Positions 56,701-64,000 of a stretch of 64,000 nucleotides of DNA are shown here, piece after piece (the first letter of the stretch is position 1; every line of letters begins with the position of its first letter). The stretch lies in NCBI RefSeq assembly GCF_964188315.1, contig NC_135671.1, positions 4,154,001-4,218,000 on the forward strand. The letters are read 5' to 3'. A program made the position numbers and the translations under genes. Below the pieces are notes generated by a model. It was not told the origin of the DNA. It saw nothing but the letters and a program-made list of their open reading frames with translations, and made no database searches. This stretch comes from Podarcis muralis. Its lineage: Eukaryota.

Positions 56701-59045
56701 GTTGTGCACAGCTTCACCATCGCTCTCGGAGCTTGCGGGGCTGGGGGCGGGGGAAGCCCGAGCTTCCCTCGACCCCAGACCCCAGAATAGGCTGTTGCCC
56801 GCAAGCCTTGTGAGCCCGGGGGGAACTCCTGCTGGGCTTGCAAGGCTTGCAGACATCTGCGCGGAGCACGGGGCGCGCTCTGGAGCGTGCCCCGTGCTTC
56901 AGGCTGCAGCCCGCAAGCCTTGCGAGCCTGGGAGGAACTCCCACCGGGCTCGCAAGGCTTGTGGATAGCTTCCTGAAGCCTGGAGAGCGAGAGGGGTTGG
57001 TGTGCACCAATGCCTCTCACTCTCCAGTCTTCAGCGAAAGCCTGTATTCGCCCCATAGGACACATACACATTTCCCCTTCATTTTTGGAGGAGAAAAAGT
57101 GCATCCTATAGGGCGAAAAATACGGTAAGTGCCTTTCTTACCCTGACTTGCACCTTTCCCCTTTGGGTGTGGTACCCAAGAAGGCTCCAGAGGAATTTTG
57201 CTTAATTCACAATTTATCTTACCCAAAGGGTTCATCTGTAAATGATGCTATTCCTCCTGAGTTATGTTCTGTCAAGTATGCCACCTTTATCAGGTGGTCA
57301 AGTTGATCAGGAGCTTTGGGAAGGATGCACTTTTGGTGAAGTGTGACGTGGAATCTGCATTCCGCTTACTTCCTGTTCATACACATTATTTTAAGTTGCT
57401 TGGGTTCCAGTTGGATGGAGCTTATTATGTGGATAAGGCCATGCCTATGGGCTGCTCAATATCCTGTGCAGCTTTTGAAGCCTTCAGTACATTTTTGGAC
57501 TAGGCCTTGCGTGCCAAGACTGGTTCAAGGGGCATGACCCATTATCTCGATGATTTTTTATTAAGCTCTGCAGCCAATTCTGACCAATGCTTGCTATTAT
57601 TGCATGCATTTAATGATTTAACCTCAGAATTGGGTGTTCCATTGGTGGCTGATAAAACTGAAGGTCCAGTCATGAGGATGCCTTACCTTGGAATCCAGCT
57701 GGATACTGTGGCACAGATTTCCTCATTGGCTGAGGAAAAATTGGTGGCCCTCTGTGACATTGTTTTGGAGTTTTTGCCACAGGAGAAGGTTACCTTGAGG
57801 CAGATTCAGTCCCTATTAGGCCATTTAAATTTTGCCTGCAGGGTGGTCACTTCGGGTTGCCCCAGACTTTCTGTAGGCCTGCGGTTACCCCATCATCGGG
57901 TGTGATTGCCTGCCGAGGTCAGGGCAGACCTTGAGTTGTGGCTGGAATTCCTGAGAGAGTTCAATGGGGTATCACTGTGACACGATACTTTGAACCTACA
58001 CTTTGATTTCCAGGTCCATTCAGATGCAGCTGGATCCTTGGGATTTGGGCTTTACTTCTGTGGCCATTGGTGTGTACAGCCGTGGCCTGAGCACTGGCAG
58101 GGCACAGCCATTACCTGTGATTTAACATTTCTTGAGTTTTTCCCTATTGTAGTAGCAGTGCACATCTGGACCATGGAGTTCAAGGACCGGTGGGTCAGTT
58201 TTTGATCCAATAATCAGGCCATGGTGAGCATTTTGGCAAGGCAGTCGTCACGCTCCAGCAGAGTCTCTGCCCTTTTGCATATGTTTGTGCTGTGGTGCTT
58301 CAGATTCAATATTGTGTTTTCTGATTGATTTATTCCTGGTGCTACTAATGATATTGCTGATGCCCTATCCTGTTTTCAGATGGAGCGCTTCAGATCGCTG
58401 GCTCCGGATGCCCAGCAGCTTCCAAAATATTTCCCGGTTCAGCTTTGGAACCTTGGCAGCAGCTAGTCCTTCAGGAAGTAGTAGCTTCTGTTTCTCCTTC
58501 CACTTTGAGGGCTTATAAGAAGGCCTGGATGGACTTCTTAGCATTTCAATTGCAGCACTTGACAATCGACAATACTTTGTCGCCATCCACGCATCAGGTG
58601 TTGCAGTATTTGGCTCAATTGTGGTACGTGGGTCGTGCTGTGAAGTCCATTAGAATTCAGTCTTCTGCCATTTTATTTTTCTGTAAATCCTTTTATTCTA
58701 GAGATCCTTGTGCAAAGTTTGTAGTGTGCAAGGCTCTGGAGGGTTAGGGTAGATTGCAGCCACCTATGTCGCCAGGTAGGAAGCCAGTCACATTTGTCCT
58801 TTTATCTAAGATGCGCAGCAAGTTAAGAATTGTTCGCTGATCCACTTATGAGGCGAGACTCTTTTCAGCAGCTTATTCTATTGTGTTTTTGGGTGCACTG
58901 CATGTGGGTGAAGTGGTGCTGGAGCCAGCACAAGGACGGTTCTCCAGGGCTTGTTATTGTAGGATGTTCAGATTTCTGATGAGGAGCTAGTTCTCAACAT
59001 CTGGTTTCAAAAACCGGCCAGTTGGGCAGAGGTGGTCAGCTGGTA
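53800..59045 (+). mobile_element. Decayed DIRS-group (Ngaro-like) tyrosine-recombinase retrotransposon, 3'-truncated
   Basis: Gag-like W..YD..FR..W...D..W plus a Cys/His finger (~55600-56050); RT LSPLGVVPKK..MPMGCSISC..HYLDD (57130-57570); RNase H SDAAGSLGFG..LEFFPIVVA..NDIADALS; YR N-terminus STLRAYKKAW..GALHVGE. Multiple stops and frameshifts. Confidence 0.85.
56395..57125. mobile_element. Tc2/pogo-type MITE inserted in the DIRS RT frame
   Basis: CCGTATTTTTCGCCCTATAGG TIRs with TA flanks; the RT peptide resumes after it. Confidence 0.9.
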
Positions 59046-59254
59046 ACACATCTCACATTAACGGTGTCTCCAGACATGAAGAAACTCCTCTCCTTGTGCC
59101 ACCTCCTCCATTTGTCATTTGGGGAGGAGAGACAGAAGAGCAGTGTGTCTCAGTGCTGCTCTCTCACTTAAAGAATGCTCTCCCCAGTGAGGCATGCCTG
59201 GCACCCGCTTGTTGGGGTGTGTGTTTTTCTTCCTCCTGTAAATCTTGTTATGTT

Positions 59255-59610
59255 TGTATGCCCCACAGATGCTTCAGTCAAGTAGTTAAGCTCAAACACA
59301 AAACAGTTGTTTTAAGCAAAGTTGTGCACACAAAACACACACTTTATTTACACACTTTATACAGGTTACACGATGCCTTCTCTCTCTGAGCCCAGAGAGG
59401 GCAATTTGCTTCAAAGTCATTGCAGTGTTAAGGTTCACAGCTAAGTCCAAATTCAGTTTTTTTAAGAGCCTTGCAACTGATGGAGTTTTCTGAGTTCTGA
59501 AGTCTGTCAGTTTTCCAACTTCTTTTTTAGACAATCTCTTCAAAAATTCTTCACTCAAATCTGCAGTTCCAATAGATAACCTTCAACAATTCCTGCTGCC
59601 ATGACCCACA
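59255..59610 (-). mobile_element. LTR-like element (paralog starts at 63737 and runs off the window)
   Basis: TG..CA ends, minus-strand AATAAA; duplicated together with its flank at ~63590-64000. Confidence 0.4.
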
Positions 59611-60181
59611 CAGTATATTGTAAACTGAGCCCCTTTATACAGAAAGTTAATTGCCAAATGTGTCCAGTAACACAGATAAGAGAGTCACGAAATGCCTGCA
59701 GCTGCATTGTGGGGCATGAGTAATCTCTGCTGACTTACTCCACTGGTGAACTGACCATTCAAAGAAAGAGGTAGAACCAACTTCTCCACAGCACTGTTGT
59801 CTCATACAGCAGCCACCCAACAATTCTGTGTAAATAATTAGGAGAATGTTGATGTGGATATCAGAAATCAAAACACAGAAGGGGGAAGAAACCTCCTTTG
59901 GAAGAATATTTGTCTGGTTTTGATATAATAATAAATCATTAAGAAAACAGAGTGAATATAGTATCAAAAAATGCAGAAATTCCACACCAAGATGGAAGTT
60001 CTCCTGTGCATACGCCTATACAATGGCTTGGCTGTCTTCTACAGAGGAACATCTGCTAGACTGTCCTCACTGCATATGTGTCACATGTACACCCACAGGC
60101 AGGCAGGCAAGCAGCATTGTTCTTGCAGAAGAAGAAGCCACTTCCATACAGTCTTGGTAGACTTTGAGACGGTGGCTTCAA

Positions 60182-61105
60182 TCAGCATTTTAGTTGATGT
60201 AGCATCTTGATTGATTCTTGTTTCAGTTTGGGATTAATGAAGAGCAGGATAACTGCATGGCCAGAGGAATATGCAATAATCAAATTGAAAAGAAAAAATT
60301 GCTTCCCAATGCCTTTCATGCCCATCTGAAATAAAACTATTGACAAAATTTCCACAAAAAAGCTAGCTACGTAGAGAATGCAGAAAGAAGTCAGAGCTTT
60401 GATGGCATTCTGGTGAGCTTTGGTGCTGACATCCTTTGCACTGTTTTGTAGTAACTTTTTGTGCCGCCACAGAGAAGTGAGTAGTAAGATGGACGAGGAC
60501 AAAAATATCATGAAGGGAAATAAATTCGGAACAACATATAGAAGGAGAAGATACTTACAGGAGTTGAAAATTTCATTTTCCGAGTCACTATTATTGGTCA
60601 GAAGTGATTCAAAAGAATTACATTTAGAAACATTGGCTTTGGATGTACCTGTTCCAATGGTGCTGATTGCAGAGAAGACCACTGTTCCTAGAAGCAGCCA
60701 AGGCACCAGCCCAGGGAATCTCCGCTTCATTTGGAGGAAGAGAGGGTGGGAGAAGTTAGCGATTTTTACACAGTACAAGACACTGAGCCAAGTGCCAAGC
60801 CAAAGATCAGCTGTATTGATAAATGACCATGAGATGTAATGTGCCACTTTTAGGTGCTTGAATTGATCAGTCTTCATGAAAAAGAGGATAGAAATTCCAT
60901 AGTGTATGACAACTGCATGAAATAGAAATCTGAAGAAGCCAAGACAGCTCAGGATCATGTCAGCTGGGGATAGTTTTTTGCTTCTAAACCAGTCGATGCA
61001 GTTAACGATAACAATAAATCCATTTCCCATCATTCCTATGAGGGTTTCAATAACAAGAAGAACAAAGATGAACAATTGAAATAAGGTCGGCATCTTTCTG
61101 AGCAT
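60182..61105 (-). CDS. TAS2R: Bitter taste receptor, copy 12 (307 aa; closest to copy 11)
   Basis: Intact 7TM ORF with TAS2R motifs. Confidence 0.95.
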   Translation of the reverse strand: MLRKMPTLFQLFIFVLLVIETLIGMMGNGFIVIVNCIDWFRSKKLSPADMILSCLGFFRFLFHAVVIHYGISILFFMKTDQFKHLKVAHYISWSFINTADLWLGTWLSVLYCVKIANFSHPLFLQMKRRFPGLVPWLLLGTVVFSAISTIGTGTSKANVSKCNSFESLLTNNSDSENEIFNSCKYLLLLYVVPNLFPFMIFLSSSILLLTSLWRHKKLLQNSAKDVSTKAHQNAIKALTSFCILYVASFFVEILSIVLFQMGMKGIGKQFFLFNLIIAYSSGHAVILLFINPKLKQESIKMLHQLKC

Positions 61106-61662
61106 GAAATGAAAGTGTTTCCTCCACCGTAATGTGCAATATCTGCAAGGTCTACTCCTGCCTTCTCCTTACAACAGAAAAACTTGTAGAGACAGGAGGG
61201 AGATAGTTTCATTTGTTGATTCTGTTCAGATGCAAATCACACCTGGAAAGATTCTATTACTAAATCTGTATCATCTGTCCTGTTGTCATATTTGCAAATT
61301 CTACAGAGGTGCTAAATATCATCTTTGCATCTGGCTTAACAAACAAGGATATGTGATTATTTTACAATTTGTTTATTTTGATTAATGCTTGTTCACCAGT
61401 ATCAATGTCTCCAATCCATCCAAAAACATACTTTTCTTCTTCTTCAAAGGTTCAATAAGTTGACTTAGTTTCTACGTCAAGTTGTTCTAATTGGTTGAAT
61501 AATTAAAGCAGGGTGTTATATTTGTCAGGGCAATGGAGGAATGTTTACAATTACACTCCCTGGTAAACAGGAATTGGTGGAATTAAACATCAGGAAGTGT
61601 AGAGAGATTTTACAGACGTGTAAAGGAGAGGGGAAGTCAAAACCTGCCCAATACAGTTTGCT

Positions 61663-61914
61663 AGAAGAAGAAGAAGAAGAGTTTGGATTTGATATCCCAC
61701 TTTATCACTACCCGAAGGAGTCTCAAAGCGGCTAACATTCTCCTTTCCCTTCCTCCCCCACAACAAACACTCTGTGAGGTGAGTGGGGCTGAGAGACTTC
61801 AGAGAAGTGTGACTGGCCCAAGGTCACCCAGCAGCTGCATGTGGAGGAGCGGAGACGCGAACCCGGTTCCCCAGATTACGAGACTACCACTCTTAACCAC
61901 TACACCACACTGGC
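61663..61914 (-). mobile_element. CORE SINE (Squam3-like) with GAA-repeat tail
   Basis: Reverse complement of the 7887-8125 family. Confidence 0.85.
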
Positions 61915-62599
61915 TCTCCCACTACACCACACTGCTACCTGAGGTCAAAAAGAAAATGCCTCCCCTGCCCTGGTAATTGTAATTAAGGGTGCTGGGTTAG
62001 ATCATGGATAAGGAATATCAGACCCAGGGAGTAAATGTAGCCCTCCCAGGCTCTCTGTTGGGTTTCAGGCCATTCCTCTTCAGTCTTGATATGAGCTCTC
62101 CTTGAATTTCCTTATAACTATTGACGTATTGATATATCTTGGCTACGAGTCTTGGGAGACCTGCTCCCGGCCTTGCGGGCCTCTTCCACCTGGCCTAGCA
62201 AGGTGGGCCCACACTGACTACAGCTTTGAAAGCTGAGGCAGCTGAATAGGCATCTTGGTTGGGACATGGTTCAGCTGGTTTCAGGTTTGTTATTATTGTT
62301 GCCATTGCCTAAAATGTTTTAAATTTTTTAAACTGGTTTTAACTAATAGATAATTAAATTGGAGGGCAGTTGGGGGTGTGTGTGGCAAGAGAGGAGCTGG
62401 GGAGAAGAAGGGGGACCTAATTACAGTGGTTTGGGATAGGGGGAGCTATGGTGTGGGAAGTGGGGCAGGCTGGGTAAGGGGCACACAGCACAGGCAATTG
62501 GTGTCTGTGATGGATGCCAGCCCCTCTTCCAACTTGCAGAATGCCTTGCCTCGGGTCTGTAGCTGTTGCTCCTAAATTCCAGGTTGGCTAGGAGTAAGA

Positions 62600-63030
62600 C
62601 CTTGGAGGAAGGCCTTAAATGTCTCAGGGGTGTAATACTTCAAGGATCGCCTCTCCTCATGTGAACCGACCTAAACTTTGCGATCATCACGTAATGCCCA
62701 TCTTCATCTGCCTCAACAAGAGGTCTGGAGGGTGGGAAAACAGGAATGGGCCTTTTCTGTGGTGGCTCCCTGTTTGTGAAATGCCCTCCCATGGGAGGCT
62801 CGCCTGGTGCCTTCAAAATCTTTATATGCCAGGCGAAAGTGTTTCTCACCAACCAGGCATTTGGCTGATTAACATTCTGTTGCCCTTAAATGTGTCAATG
62901 GAAGGAGGGTTATTGGTATGTTTTGTTTTATTGTGTATTTTATGTTTCCATTTTGTATTCTTATGTTGTGAACTGCCCTGTGATCTTCGGATGAAGGGTG
63001 ATATACAAATGAGGATGATGATGATAGTAA
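62600..63030 (+). mobile_element. L2 LINE 3' end
   Basis: ggccttttctgtggtggctccc..tgccctccc and terminal tgtgaactgccctgtgatcttcggatgaagggtgatatacaaat with an ATG-repeat tail. Confidence 0.65.
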
Positions 63031-64000
63031 CCTTTTATTGTGCATGATAATGAGGTCTAGTGTTTATTTTGTTTTTGCCACATTCCTCATTCTGAGAGCC
63101 CCATGTCAGTTTTGTCTGGGTAAAAGAGAGAGTGAGTGAGTGAGAAAGGCACCAGGGATTTGCAATGACGTTGCAATAGGTATTTTAATCAGAAATATAC
63201 TGTTAAATACACACAAATTATCCAAGCAGTGAGACACTTCAGAGGTTCCAGTGATTTGCTGGCCTGGCTCCTTAAGAATTAAGTCAGTGGGGGCTTGCTG
63301 GTATTTTCTTGTTTTGAAATATACAGCTAGAAGACAGGTGAAAACTCAACATTAAACACCTTAACATGTCTCATAGCTCTTGGTTCCCCATCAGATTTTT
63401 AGAGAGAGAGGGAGCACTATAAGTTCCTGTCAGAGATCGACTAACCCTAACCCTTTTCCCCACCACATTTCTCAGAGTTGGGTTATAACATATACATGAG
63501 TGGCTTGAAATACAGGAGGGTTATTCTCCCCCTGCATTTCAAGGCACATTTTTCTATTGATGCACAGACCAGAGAAGGGACAGGGATGTTTTCATTTGTC
63601 ATTTGGAGAGGGGAGACACAAGAGCGGTGTGTCTCAGTGCTGCTCTCTCACTTAAAGAATGCTCACCCCCAGGGAGGCATGCCTGACACCAGCTTGTTGG
63701 GGTGTGTGTTTTTCCTGCTGTAAATCTTGTTATCTTTGTATGCCCCACAGATGCTTCAGTCAAGTAGTTAAGCTCACAAACACAAAACAATTGTTTTAAG
63801 CAAAGTTGTTTTCTTGGTACAAACAAAACACACACTTTATTTACACACTTTATACAGGTTACATGATGCCTTCTCTCTCTGAGCCCAGAGAGGGCCTTTT
63901 GCTTCAAAGTCCTTGCTGTGTTAAGGTTCACAGCTAAGTCCAAATTCCATTTTTTAACAGCCTTGCAACTGATAAGAGTTTTCTGAGTTCTGATGTCTGA

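Overview
Vertebrate genomic DNA from a squamate; a lacertid-type lizard is inferred from Sauria/Squam1 SINEs, CORE/Squam3-like SINEs and BovB. The window is dominated by a minus-strand tandem array of 12 single-exon bitter taste receptor (TAS2R) genes. Ten are cleanly intact, one has a SINE inserted in its first codons but keeps its conserved ATG, and one is frameshifted by a 4-bp deletion. Three gene-less relic units (promoter or flank only) lie between them. Also present are a GAR1 processed pseudogene, two Penelope-type termini carrying minimal type I hammerhead ribozyme motifs, a decayed DIRS/Ngaro tyrosine-recombinase retrotransposon, L1/L2/BovB fragments, many MITEs (Tc1/mariner and hAT) and several solo LTRs. 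Best leads: (1) solo LTRs of several families whose U3 carries an acidic, basic-tailed reading frame in the same phase, one family with an HMGN-like RRSARL motif; (2) a perfect POU octamer in the promoter of all 12 receptors; (3) a Cys pair (C-x20-C, x21 in one copy) kept in the hypervariable ECL2 of all 12 receptors; (4) a SINE insertion that creates a uORF and a potentially in-frame spliceable intron; (5) a chimeric receptor with a mappable crossover. All calls are by eye; no database searches were run.
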